Shown piece by piece: positions 13,766 through 22,218 of a stretch of 32,000 nt of DNA (within the stretch, counting starts at the first letter, position 1; every line of letters starts with the position of its first letter). This stretch comes from Sphingobacterium daejeonense (lineage in GTDB: Bacteria > Bacteroidota > Bacteroidia > Sphingobacteriales > Sphingobacteriaceae). The notes below the pieces were generated by a model, which saw only the letters and a list, made by a program, of their open reading frames with translations, ran no database searches and was not told where the DNA came from. The stretch lies in the NCBI RefSeq assembly GCF_042678525.1, contig NZ_JBHTKY010000007.1. One strand, written 5' to 3'. The position numbers were made by a program, and so were the translations under genes.

Positions 13766-16700
13766 CTAAACTCTTGTCATTCGTTGTGATTCTATTTTAT
13801 TAATATCTTGTATTGTTATGTCGTTTATATTTACCATCTTCTCAAGATGTCCACGGTTTAGTAGCTTAATGTTGTTTGACTTTGCTAATATCGTTGCCGA
13901 TGAGCTGTAATCATTGTTGGTTATGGTCAGTAAGTTGAATTGTTCTTTAAATTTGTCCTCGTAGTAATTCTTTGCTGTACAAATTTCTTGTATTGCTTCG
14001 TTTCCAACCAATGATTTTGTTTGTTTGGCTTGTATAAGATAATTTTCTCCATTCTTCAAAACGACAACATCAACTCCTTTATCGTTGGAATATGGTGTAA
14101 GATAAACTTCAAAACCTTGTTTTTTGTATAATGCTGCAATTGTCGCTTTAAACAAGTTTGGATTCAATCGGTCTATGTCTGTAATTGTTTGAACCTTTGC
14201 TTTACTTTCTGTTTTTGTACCAAAAATGTTTCCAAATAATTCGTCTGGTGTCAATTCTGCTTGTTCGGTCGGGAACAATGTATTACTTGCCAAAGCTTTT
14301 TTATTATTCAATAAAGTGTCAAGAATTTCATCAAAGGATTTCAATCTGTTACCTTCTTCGTCTTTCATATCGTCAGGGAAAATAGCCATTGGATAATATA
14401 CGAATACATCTTTTTGTTGCCCTATTCTATAAGCTCTGTCCGTTGCTTGTTCCTCTTTTGCAGGATTCCAATGTCTTGTATAATGTACAATGTGGTTTGC
14501 TTTGGTTACGTTTAACCCCACACCTGCGGCAATAGGCGACATAATAATTACATTAAATCCATCCTCTGCTTGAAAACGGTCAATGGTTTGTTGTCTGCTT
14601 AATTTTGATTTTCCTTCAAGTTGCTTTGTAGTCGGTGTATCTCCGTTAATAATGCTGGTAAATATTCCGAAAGTGTCATAGACGATTTTTTGCAACATTT
14701 TTTGTGTTTCTCTTCTGTCTGCAAACAAAATCACTTTTTCGGCTTTTGATTGTATGTCAGCTAATACTCCAATTGTCGTTTGTAGTTTGGATGAACTTGC
14801 AATAAGTTCATCGCTTGTGAAATTCAAAATTTGACTTTCTAATAAAAATGGATGGTCAGAAATATCTCTAACTGCCCAAAGTGATTTTAGTTTTTGATTT
14901 CTTTTTTCTACTCCTTCTAATTCGGAATTATTTGCCATTTCAATTTCCTGCATGTAGCGGTTTAATTGAATTGGTGGCATTACTTTCTTAATTCTTGATT
15001 TTTCGTTATCGTGTTTTGTTGGCAAATCTTTTGCTACATCTCTTTTCAATCTTCTTTTGATAAAAACGCCAATATTATTACGAAGCTGTTCTGTCAATGC
15101 TATAATGTCGGTGTTTTCATCACTCAATGGCTTTTGATATTCCTTCGCAAAGTCTTTTGCATTTCCTAAAAGTCCGGGAACTGCAAAGTCCATTAAACAC
15201 CAAATATCCACCAACGTATTTTCTACTGGAGTTCCTGTCATTGCAATTTTAAAATCTGCCTTTAAAGCTTTACTTGCATTGGTTATTTGTGTTCCTGGTG
15301 TTTTTATTTTTTGTGCTTCGTCCAGAGCTATTACTGCAAAATCAACCAGTCCCAAACTAATTTGATGCGACCTTACTGTTTCGTAGTTGGTTAAAATTAT
15401 TTGTTTGAATTGTAATCGTTTAGCGTCTTGCTGATTTTTTGCTGGATTGTTTTCTTTTGTCAAAGAAACCGAACCATACAATTTGCACAATGGTAGATTT
15501 TGTGGACTGAAAAATTTCTGATATTCATTTTCCCAATTTTCGAGCAAGCTAACTGGTGCGACAATTAAATAAGGTTTGTTATCATCACAATGTTGGCAAT
15601 GCCATTCAAGAAAATACAATAATTGCAAAGTCTTCCCTAATCCCATATCATCAGCCAACAACCCACCTGCAAAGTTTTCTGTGAACAAGGATTGTAACCA
15701 GGAAATCCCTTCCTTTTGGTGTTCTTTTAAAGCAATCCCATTTTCCAAATTGGAAATGCTATAAAAGTTGTGTTTTAAGTTTTCGGGTAACTCATTTCCA
15801 TTTGAAAATTCAGTCAGTTCTGCATTTTCTTTAATTATAAGTACTTCGTGGTCTGTTTTCTTTTCTTGCTTTATAGGTTTATTTGGATTTTCAAATTGCT
15901 TCTTAGCGGTTTTAATAAATTTTTCAGCTTCTTCAATTGGTATTTCTGCATCTTCCCATTGAACTGTTTGCTTATTTTCCTTAACTGCATTCTCTTTTTG
16001 CTCTATGAAATTAGAGAGCTTTTCTTGTGACTTAAAATAGATTCTCTTTTCTCCGTGTACCTTGTCTTTTATTACAATTCCGGGAATCCATTGTGATTTA
16101 TAAGGACTTGCGAAAGGGTAAAACTTTGGACTGTAAATGCCAATTTCTTTTACTCTGTCACTATAAAAAACAGTAAAATCTACTTCCTCATCATTAAAGA
16201 ACAATTCAGGGTGTTCAATAATTTCTTGAATGTCGTTACGGTCTGAAACTTTTCTTTTCGCTTTTACTTTTTGAAGTTCTGTTTTTTGATTTTCAGAAAT
16301 CACTACTCTCGTTGTTTCGCCATTATTTCCCGATACTGGATAAACATCCCGAATCATCGGCAATTTATCAAACGTATTTGTAAAACCTATTGCGTTTTCA
16401 ATTTCTACAGAAGGCAAAATTTCAAGAACTCCATTGTTAAAATCAATGTCTAATTTTATTCTTTCAGGGATAAACAACTCTTGATTACTAAGAAATTGTT
16501 CTAATGTAGAACCACTTTGTTTTGATAATGATTTTAGTTCCGAAAGCTTTTTGAAATTGGTTACATTTCCTTTTTCATTTTCGGGTAAACTGTTGAATTC
16601 ATCAATTGCTTGACAAAGTAAAAATTGGTTTTCAGATAGTAAATATTCGCTCTCTTCAACTTTTATTAACGCTCCGTTTCTCGTTGTTTTTAATCTTGTT

Positions 16701-17038
16701 CCGTTAGGTGCAAAGTCATAAAATCCATATTTGAACTTAAATGAATTGTGAGTTAAAGTTCCGTCTGATTCTACAAAAATATCATACGGATAACTGTTTG
16801 GCAAATCCAATATTTGCTTATCAATATCGTTTAACCTTAAAATATAAATACTTTCAATTTTGCAAGATTTGTCTGTATAATCTGCTAATCCATTATCGTG
16901 TAATTCTGTAAGAATTGCAATTTGTGATAAAAATTCTGTTTGTAATTTCTCCCATTCTGAAACAGGAACTTTGCTTCCCGATTCGTTTAGGAAGTAAAAT
17001 GAAAATCTATTACTGTCGTATAAATATTTTAAAATCAT
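13766..17038 (-). CDS. SNF2-family helicase fused to a C-terminal Mrr-like PD-(D/E)xK restriction endonuclease domain; ~440-aa N-terminal domain of unknown function (ZorD-like)
   Basis: SNF2 motifs: GGLLADDMGLGKTLQLL (I), VIALDEAQKIKTPGT (II, DEAQ), AMTGTPVEN (III), GGVGLNVTKANHIVHYTRHWNPAKEEQATDRAYRIGQQKDV (V/VI). C-terminus: YKKQGFEVYLTPYSNDKGVDVVVLKNGENYLIQAKQTK matches the Mrr_cat pattern D-x-G-[IV]-D ... [IV]-Q-A-K. There is a 4-nt ATGA overlap with the upstream ORF. Confidence 0.85.
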   Translation of the reverse strand: MILKYLYDSNRFSFYFLNESGSKVPVSEWEKLQTEFLSQIAILTELHDNGLADYTDKSCKIESIYILRLNDIDKQILDLPNSYPYDIFVESDGTLTHNSFKFKYGFYDFAPNGTRLKTTRNGALIKVEESEYLLSENQFLLCQAIDEFNSLPENEKGNVTNFKKLSELKSLSKQSGSTLEQFLSNQELFIPERIKLDIDFNNGVLEILPSVEIENAIGFTNTFDKLPMIRDVYPVSGNNGETTRVVISENQKTELQKVKAKRKVSDRNDIQEIIEHPELFFNDEEVDFTVFYSDRVKEIGIYSPKFYPFASPYKSQWIPGIVIKDKVHGEKRIYFKSQEKLSNFIEQKENAVKENKQTVQWEDAEIPIEEAEKFIKTAKKQFENPNKPIKQEKKTDHEVLIIKENAELTEFSNGNELPENLKHNFYSISNLENGIALKEHQKEGISWLQSLFTENFAGGLLADDMGLGKTLQLLYFLEWHCQHCDDNKPYLIVAPVSLLENWENEYQKFFSPQNLPLCKLYGSVSLTKENNPAKNQQDAKRLQFKQIILTNYETVRSHQISLGLVDFAVIALDEAQKIKTPGTQITNASKALKADFKIAMTGTPVENTLVDIWCLMDFAVPGLLGNAKDFAKEYQKPLSDENTDIIALTEQLRNNIGVFIKRRLKRDVAKDLPTKHDNEKSRIKKVMPPIQLNRYMQEIEMANNSELEGVEKRNQKLKSLWAVRDISDHPFLLESQILNFTSDELIASSSKLQTTIGVLADIQSKAEKVILFADRRETQKMLQKIVYDTFGIFTSIINGDTPTTKQLEGKSKLSRQQTIDRFQAEDGFNVIIMSPIAAGVGLNVTKANHIVHYTRHWNPAKEEQATDRAYRIGQQKDVFVYYPMAIFPDDMKDEEGNRLKSFDEILDTLLNNKKALASNTLFPTEQAELTPDELFGNIFGTKTESKAKVQTITDIDRLNPNLFKATIAALYKKQGFEVYLTPYSNDKGVDVVVLKNGENYLIQAKQTKSLVGNEAIQEICTAKNYYEDKFKEQFNLLTITNNDYSSSATILAKSNNIKLLNRGHLEKMVNINDITIQDINKIESQRMTRV

Positions 17039-17868
17039 CCGAATACTTTTTTGTTCATCCAGCTATTAAATCTTGTTTCCCAAATTTGGTTACCATCTCT
17101 GTGCGTTAATCTCCCTTCATCGTTAAAGTAATCGTAGTAATTATCGCTATGAACTGCCATTGGCATAGAACCATTACGCAAGTCATCAACACTGTTTAGT
17201 TGGTAGTTTAAACTTGGTCTTAACGAGCTGTTGATTTTATAAGCATAGAAGGCGTAGCCTTCGTTGCTAAATTCAATCAACATATAATCGCCAATGTACA
17301 ATATGAATGCAGAAACATCTCTTTTGCTTGAAACTGTTTCAAATCTTGCATCTACATATTCGGCTATTCTTTCATCACGTTTTAATATGTTTTTTGTGTG
17401 AAGCGGTCCAAATACTTTAAAGGAAGATATTTTTGAAGCAAAACGAAGCCAAAATTTCTTTCGTCTTTCATCATTGATACAAACATTGAAAAACACATTG
17501 ATAAATTGTTGCGTAATCCACTCGTTCAAAATATTTCGTCCTTGAATTATTTCTCGCTTTTCGATTTCTGTTGCATTCTCAAATGCTGTCCAATTAGAAA
17601 TATTACTTGGGTCGCCAATTTGAGTGAAGGCTATTTTTTTTATTTTATCTTGTACTGTTGCAAATTGAGGTTGGTTTGCTTGGATGATAATTTTACTGAT
17701 TAACCTTTTACTGGTAACTGAACTGTTGTGTTTTTCCAAAACCTCATTTAGGTTTTCAACTTCATCGGCAATTTTGCTTTTGTTTCTTTCGTAATAAGTT
17801 ACAATAACTTTCGAGAAATATGGATAGTCGACCCGATTTCGAATTTCATAGCCAACTTTAAACGCCAA
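17035..17868 (-). CDS. Hypothetical protein coupled to the SNF2-Mrr gene; possible EH-signature (ZorC-like) domain; probably 5'-truncated
   Basis: The stop overlaps the SNF2 start (ATGA at 17035-17038). There is no ATG start: the first possible initiator is TTG at 17868-17866, with an in-frame stop 7 codons upstream. The C-terminal pattern YMLIEFSNEGYAFYAYK...GRLTHRDGNQIWETRFNSW has a conserved-looking Glu, then His 41 or 57 residues later, then aromatic residues. This is reminiscent of the EH-signature domain that partners SNF2 ATPases. Confidence 0.55.
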   Translation of the reverse strand: MAFKVGYEIRNRVDYPYFSKVIVTYYERNKSKIADEVENLNEVLEKHNSSVTSKRLISKIIIQANQPQFATVQDKIKKIAFTQIGDPSNISNWTAFENATEIEKREIIQGRNILNEWITQQFINVFFNVCINDERRKKFWLRFASKISSFKVFGPLHTKNILKRDERIAEYVDARFETVSSKRDVSAFILYIGDYMLIEFSNEGYAFYAYKINSSLRPSLNYQLNSVDDLRNGSMPMAVHSDNYYDYFNDEGRLTHRDGNQIWETRFNSWMNKKVFG

Positions 17869-17880
17869 TTCAAAAACACA

Positions 17881-18107
17881 AAGGGTTTAGGTCTGGGCAG
17901 GCTTTTCGGGGGCAAACCTGCTGAACCACCAAAGCAACCTGCCGAAAGCGTAATAGGTGCGACAAAAACGGTTATGCGTTCGGATTATAAAAATGCTGAA
18001 AACAATCAGACCGTACAGACTAATAAAAAGCCTGCTTTAAAAATGGACAATTCAAACAAAATACAACAGGCTCGTTCAAAAAACAAGAAACCAAAGTTGA
18101 GATTATA
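17881..18107 (+). pseudogene. 5'-truncated ORF remnant (Lys/Pro-rich C-terminal tail), likely leftover of a mobile-element gene
   Basis: An ATG-less open frame reads KGLGLGRLFGGKPAEPPKQPAESVIGATKTVMRSDYKNAENNQTVQTNKKPALKMDNSNKIQQARSKNKKPKLRL-stop. Its 5' side runs into the divergent 277-aa ORF, so the start and promoter are missing. Confidence 0.4.
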
Positions 18108-18208
18108 GCTGAGTATTTAGCATCTGAACGCCAAATGCAACCTTTGACTACAACAATACAATGATCTATGTGAATAGCTTTTATTTTCGAGGTTTAAATT
18201 ATACAGAT

Positions 18209-18475
18209 ATGGAAATAACAGTTTTAGACATTCAGATTTTAAAGGCATTGCATAGGGAAGTAAAGGAAGTTTCCAATTTGATAGCGGAAATAACTGCATC
18301 CTACAAAGCACTTCAACAGGCAACGAAATGGCTTGACCAGCAGGAAGCCTGCCAACTCCTCAATATCAGCAAAAGAAAATTGCAGACTTACAGGGCAAAG
18401 GGCATTCTCGGGGCAACGCAAATCAATCGGAAGACTTATTTCAGATTATCCGAAGTGGAGTTACTTATGCAGTGA
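18209..18475 (+). CDS. Helix-turn-helix (excisionase/MerR-like HTH_17) DNA-binding protein
   Basis: WLDQQEACQLLNISKRKLQTYRAKGILGATQINRKTYFRLSEVE is the typical Bacteroidota mobile-element HTH motif. The start is chosen at ATG 18209 (MEITVLD). The track ORF starts at 18161. Confidence 0.7.
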   Translation: MEITVLDIQILKALHREVKEVSNLIAEITASYKALQQATKWLDQQEACQLLNISKRKLQTYRAKGILGATQINRKTYFRLSEVELLMQ

Positions 18476-18550
18476 GAGCGACCATTAAAAAAGCAAAAGA
18501 GATGAACCCTGAAAGGCTCCATCTAACCATTAAAAAAAATAAAAGAACAG

Positions 18551-18832
18551 ATGAAACATATTGGAAATTCAAACGAGGATATGCTTGCACTGCTTGAAGC
18601 TGTGGTAGGCATCAAAAATGAACTGCTGTATATCAGGGAATATTTCCACCCATTGTTAAAAGGGGAAATCTACCTGTCAGGCGAACAGGTTTGTGAGATG
18701 CTTCACATCAGCAAGCGGACGTTGCAACAATACAGAGATGACGGACTGATACCTTTTATCAAGCTCGAACGGAAAATTCTTTTCCGTGAAAGTGATATTG
18801 TAAAAGTATTGGAAGATAATTATCAGCGTTAG
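18551..18832 (+). CDS. Helix-turn-helix (excisionase/MerR-like HTH_17) DNA-binding protein, paralogue of the preceding gene
   Basis: YLSGEQVCEMLHISKRTLQQYRDDGLIPFIKLERKILFRESDI has the same motif architecture as 18209..18475. Tandem pairs of such genes accompany Bacteroidota integrases. Confidence 0.7.
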   Translation: MKHIGNSNEDMLALLEAVVGIKNELLYIREYFHPLLKGEIYLSGEQVCEMLHISKRTLQQYRDDGLIPFIKLERKILFRESDIVKVLEDNYQR

Positions 18833-18836
18833 CCGA

Positions 18837-19646
18837 TTAAACCTCGTCATTTGCAAACCCCTTGTTGGTGACGAGTATTTTTTCAAAATAACGAATTGGA
18901 TTTGCCATTCCTCTAATTTTAGGAACTTCTTTATTCATATATATATCAAGAATTTCTTTTGAAGTAACTTCTGAACCTTCAAATCCCCATCTTTTAACAC
19001 CTCTATTTTCAATATCTTGAACCCATTTTTCAGGTTTAAATACCGCTCTTATTACGCCTTTATATTCTGCTAAAACAAAATCTGAATTTTCTGCTCTGTT
19101 TTTGTCTAATACCCACCACCCTCTGGTTGCTTCATAAATATTTGGTCTGTCATAAATTGGGTTCTCACTTTTCTTTTTTCGTTTATTATCGTATGTTTTG
19201 TTTATATTGATTACTAAAATGTTATGCTTAATATCTTCGTTTTTTAATACTTCACAATTGTAAAGTATTTCACACTCACTCACCGTTTTAATACCCTGAT
19301 TAAATGAATAATGTCCTGCAACAATATTTGAAATTTTCGCAATCTCCGCAAAATCCTTAAAAGTTAAAAAATCAATTAAAACAGATTCAACTATTAGCGC
19401 TTCATTTTCTTCTAATCCGTGTCTAACTATAAAGTGTTTTACTTTTAGATTTTCTAATTTAATCGCTCTAATAATCTCTAATTTTTCAGTTCCGCTTGGG
19501 TTGAATATCGCTTCATTAATATGAAAAAAAACACGATTCCCATAACCTTTTCCAACATAGAATATTTTGTTATCTCGTGGGTCTATTAGAATATAAACAT
19601 AAGATTTTAATTCTTCTTGTGCCTTTTGTGAAAATTGTTCAATCAT
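18837..19646 (-). CDS. GIY-YIG nuclease domain protein with an uncharacterised C-terminal domain
   Basis: The start is taken at ATG 19646 (MIEQFSQKAQEELKSYVYILIDPRDNKIFYVGKGYGNRVFFH, which is GIY-YIG motif Y-x-Y ... YVGKG). The 66 upstream codons of track ORF 18837..19844 cross a terminator hairpin and the integrase remnant. The C-terminal part (RGWWVLDKNRAENSDFVLAEYKGVIRAVF...KRWGFEG) is unassigned. Confidence 0.7.
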   Translation of the reverse strand: MIEQFSQKAQEELKSYVYILIDPRDNKIFYVGKGYGNRVFFHINEAIFNPSGTEKLEIIRAIKLENLKVKHFIVRHGLEENEALIVESVLIDFLTFKDFAEIAKISNIVAGHYSFNQGIKTVSECEILYNCEVLKNEDIKHNILVININKTYDNKRKKKSENPIYDRPNIYEATRGWWVLDKNRAENSDFVLAEYKGVIRAVFKPEKWVQDIENRGVKRWGFEGSEVTSKEILDIYMNKEVPKIRGMANPIRYFEKILVTNKGFANDEV

Positions 19647-19671
19647 ATTTTGTTGTTTTATTGACTTCAAA

Positions 19672-19708
19672 AATACAAAAAAGGCAATGCAGTTTCTTGC
19701 ATTGCCTT
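19672..19708 (-). terminator. Rho-independent terminator downstream of the truncated integrase copy
   Basis: AAGGCAATGCA (19681-19691), loop GTTTCT, TGCATTGCCTT (19698-19708). On the minus strand it is followed by TTTTTTG. Confidence 0.7.
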
Positions 19709-19731
19709 TCTTTAATCGCTTTAAATTGGTT

Positions 19732-20170
19732 TCAGAGTTGCGAAACAAAAGAGCGTTCCATACCCTTAAATTTATGTGAAACCTTTTGCATATCCTTTCC
19801 GACTTTCTCGTTGAGTATCTTGGCGTAAATCTGTGTGGTGGCAATATTCTTATGCCCTAACATCTTGCTCAAACTCTCCAACGGAACGCCCTCGCTCAAA
19901 AACAACGTAGCAAACGTATGTCGTGCCAAATGAAAGGTTACTTTCTTTTCTTTCAAGCAGTCGATTTGTTCGGATATCGCACTTAATCTATCGTTGCAGT
20001 AGCTGTTAGACGGAACAGGAAAAACCTTGCCGTCCTTTGAAAATCCTGCATATTTTTCGATAATCATTTTTGGAATATCCAACAGCATTACATTGGATGA
20101 TGTTGCTGTCTTTTTCCTACGTACAATAATCCACTGGTTGCCGTCAAAGAATTCCTGAATATTGCTATTT
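19732..20170 (-). pseudogene. Truncated tyrosine integrase (3' third only), diverged paralogue of the intact integrase at 23325..24575
   Basis: 19729-20170 aligns colinearly with 23322-23765, with about 24 mismatches by hand alignment (~94-95 percent). The 118-aa translation differs from the intact copy at 2 residues (LSAISEQ vs LSTISKQ) and keeps the catalytic-region motifs HLARHTFAT and GHKNIATTQIY. Homology stops abruptly at about 20170. Confidence 0.85.
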
Positions 20171-20564
20171 TACTCATTTAAGGTCTTGTTTTATCAACCA
20201 CTAAATTACAAAAAAGCCAACGGAAAAAACATTCACGTTTCTGCAATGTCAAACTCTCTTTTATCTTGACTATTAGTGCTTAAAAGTAACTTGTATTGGA
20301 TCCAACACAATTGTGGATACAGTGCGTGCACATTCTCAAATCTACGGTAAAACAGTCTATAAAGGATTATTTGTCCTGTGGAAAAACAACTTCCGACCTC
20401 GGGTTATAGTTGTTGTAGGTTGAAAACGTACTTTTTAAAGTGAAATTGGTATCTTTTTTGTTGTGGCTATATGATTAATAATCAAAGTTTTAATTGGTAA
20501 TATACTTTTAGTCCTTACCATACCACTATAAAAAAGAGTAATTAATAACGATTTATACTTTACC

Positions 20565-21524
20565 ATGAAAAGAAGTTATTTTGTTTACGTCATTCAGGTC
20601 AGTCTCATTTCAATATTATTTTTGTCTTGTACCAAAAACGATGATAAGGACGATGGAGGCAGCCTAGCCCTGACAGGTCATATTTACCATCAATACACCT
20701 CCGATGTAATGAAAATTGATATGCGAACGGGGCAGGAAACAAGCTTTTTTTCCTATAGCGCCTATAGTACGGTGGGCTGGGATTTGAGCAGAGATGGAAA
20801 ACTCCGTATTGTCTCCACGAGAGAGCCAGGGACATATGACCGTAATCTCTTTACCATTGTAAACACGGCAAATGATCAAATTATCAAATCATTTGAATAC
20901 GTTCCACGCAACGGGAACAGCATCAGAAATACGGGTAAAATTTCATTTGACAACTCGATGATTCTGGTCGCTCCAGATGCTGATAATGGGATAACCATTA
21001 TGGATATGGATGGTGATATCAAATATGAGATGACCGGAATCGGAGATGAACCCTTCTCAACAAGCGACGATGCGTATTGGTTGCCTGATAATAATATTTT
21101 GGTTCGCTTTCAAAACAAGCTTCTAAGATCTGCCCCACCTTATAATAACCTGACGTTGGTGAAAGAGATGAATTACGAAAAATGGGGAAATGTAAGGATA
21201 AGCAACAATGGACAGAAAATCAGCATGTATATCAATAAACATATCTTTTTGATGGATGCTAACGGAAGTAACCTTGTGCAGGTTACCGATAGTAATGGAG
21301 ACGAAGCATTCGGTGAATTTTCCCCTGATGATAAATTTTTACTGGTCGGCTCGGATTATTTCCATGCACCGGCATCCGGGAACAGCCATTGGTTCCTGAA
21401 GGTTATCCCAGCAGACGGCAAAAAATACAATATGGATTCCGGCCCGGAAGTTATTTCCGTAATACCGACCGGAGAAACATCGATTGTCCGGGCAAATGGG
21501 ACAACAGTATGGCGACAACAATAG
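20565..21524 (+). CDS. Lipoprotein with PD40/TolB-like beta-propeller repeats
   Basis: Lipobox ILFLSC followed by TKNDDKDDGG. Repeats of the type SRDGKLRIVS, ISNNGQKISMY...MDANGSNLVQVT and FSPDDKFLLVGSD. Confidence 0.65.
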   Translation: MKRSYFVYVIQVSLISILFLSCTKNDDKDDGGSLALTGHIYHQYTSDVMKIDMRTGQETSFFSYSAYSTVGWDLSRDGKLRIVSTREPGTYDRNLFTIVNTANDQIIKSFEYVPRNGNSIRNTGKISFDNSMILVAPDADNGITIMDMDGDIKYEMTGIGDEPFSTSDDAYWLPDNNILVRFQNKLLRSAPPYNNLTLVKEMNYEKWGNVRISNNGQKISMYINKHIFLMDANGSNLVQVTDSNGDEAFGEFSPDDKFLLVGSDYFHAPASGNSHWFLKVIPADGKKYNMDSGPEVISVIPTGETSIVRANGTTVWRQQ

Positions 21525-21528
21525 TTTT

Positions 21529-22218
21529 TTAATTGGCCACAGGTTCGACCAAAGCCAACATAGCTGACACCGCATCATGACTGTTCATCGGTTCTGGAGC
21601 GATTGCTTCATGTTCAGGATTTGAAGCGGGGCCAAAAGTTCCGGACAATGCAATCACTTGGTTGTCCTGATTATTGATATGGGCAAGCCTAATGTACAGC
21701 TCGTACCGCCAATCACCTTTTTCATTATTCCTGTAACGCAGGGCAAATACGTTCTCATAAGGCGCTTTCCCTAATCTTCCATCAGCAACTTCCTCCATAT
21801 CGGAGAACATTGCCAATATCTCATCCTTTGTATCTTTTCCCATTCCAGTCTGTGCCTTAATGGAACGCCAACCATATACATAATCATTAATGTCTTTTTT
21901 AAAATTGACTGTATAATAATAGATATGCGGTATTGCCGGATAATTTCCTTCATTTGTGAAATTACCTTCTCCCTGTATCTCGTATCCCTGCATATGTTCT
22001 CCAAGCAAGTTTGCAACTTGATTAGCTGTAACAAGATGTTTCAACCGAACACCCGAACCTGATGTTTCTGTTGGCTCTTTATCGTCATTCGTACTACAAG
22101 CACACAGTAGTGTAAGTACCACTAACGAAAATGACAAAACCAATAGCTTGTTAAGTCTGGTAAAGATTGTTGGTATCATAGTATATTTCCTGCTTTCAAC
22201 ATTCATAATATTTATCAA
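21529..22218 (-). CDS. Hypothetical lipoprotein
   Basis: Signal/lipobox LVVLTLLCAC followed by STNDDKEP. The start is either ATG 22218 (4-nt overlap with the OmpA-like gene) or the internal Met at 22179 (MIPTIF). No recognisable domain. Confidence 0.55.
   Translation of the reverse strand: MINIMNVESRKYTMIPTIFTRLNKLLVLSFSLVVLTLLCACSTNDDKEPTETSGSGVRLKHLVTANQVANLLGEHMQGYEIQGEGNFTNEGNYPAIPHIYYYTVNFKKDINDYVYGWRSIKAQTGMGKDTKDEILAMFSDMEEVADGRLGKAPYENVFALRYRNNEKGDWRYELYIRLAHINNQDNQVIALSGTFGPASNPEHEAIAPEPMNSHDAVSAMLALVEPVAN

Noticed and set aside
7646-16453. Numerous 60-105-aa ORFs antisense to or nested in the RyR, propeller, TIR and SNF2 genes (for example 7646..7915, 9094..9375, 10393..10617, 15576..16030)
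   Set aside because: All are embedded in much longer ORFs with clear domain content on the other strand or frame. Their translations are low-complexity Phe/Ser/Leu/Ile-rich sequences typical of AT-rich antisense frames.
19647-19844. 66-codon N-terminal extension of ORF 18837..19844
   Set aside because: It crosses an 11-bp terminator hairpin and the 3' end of the integrase remnant. The GIY-YIG domain begins right after the internal Met at 19646.
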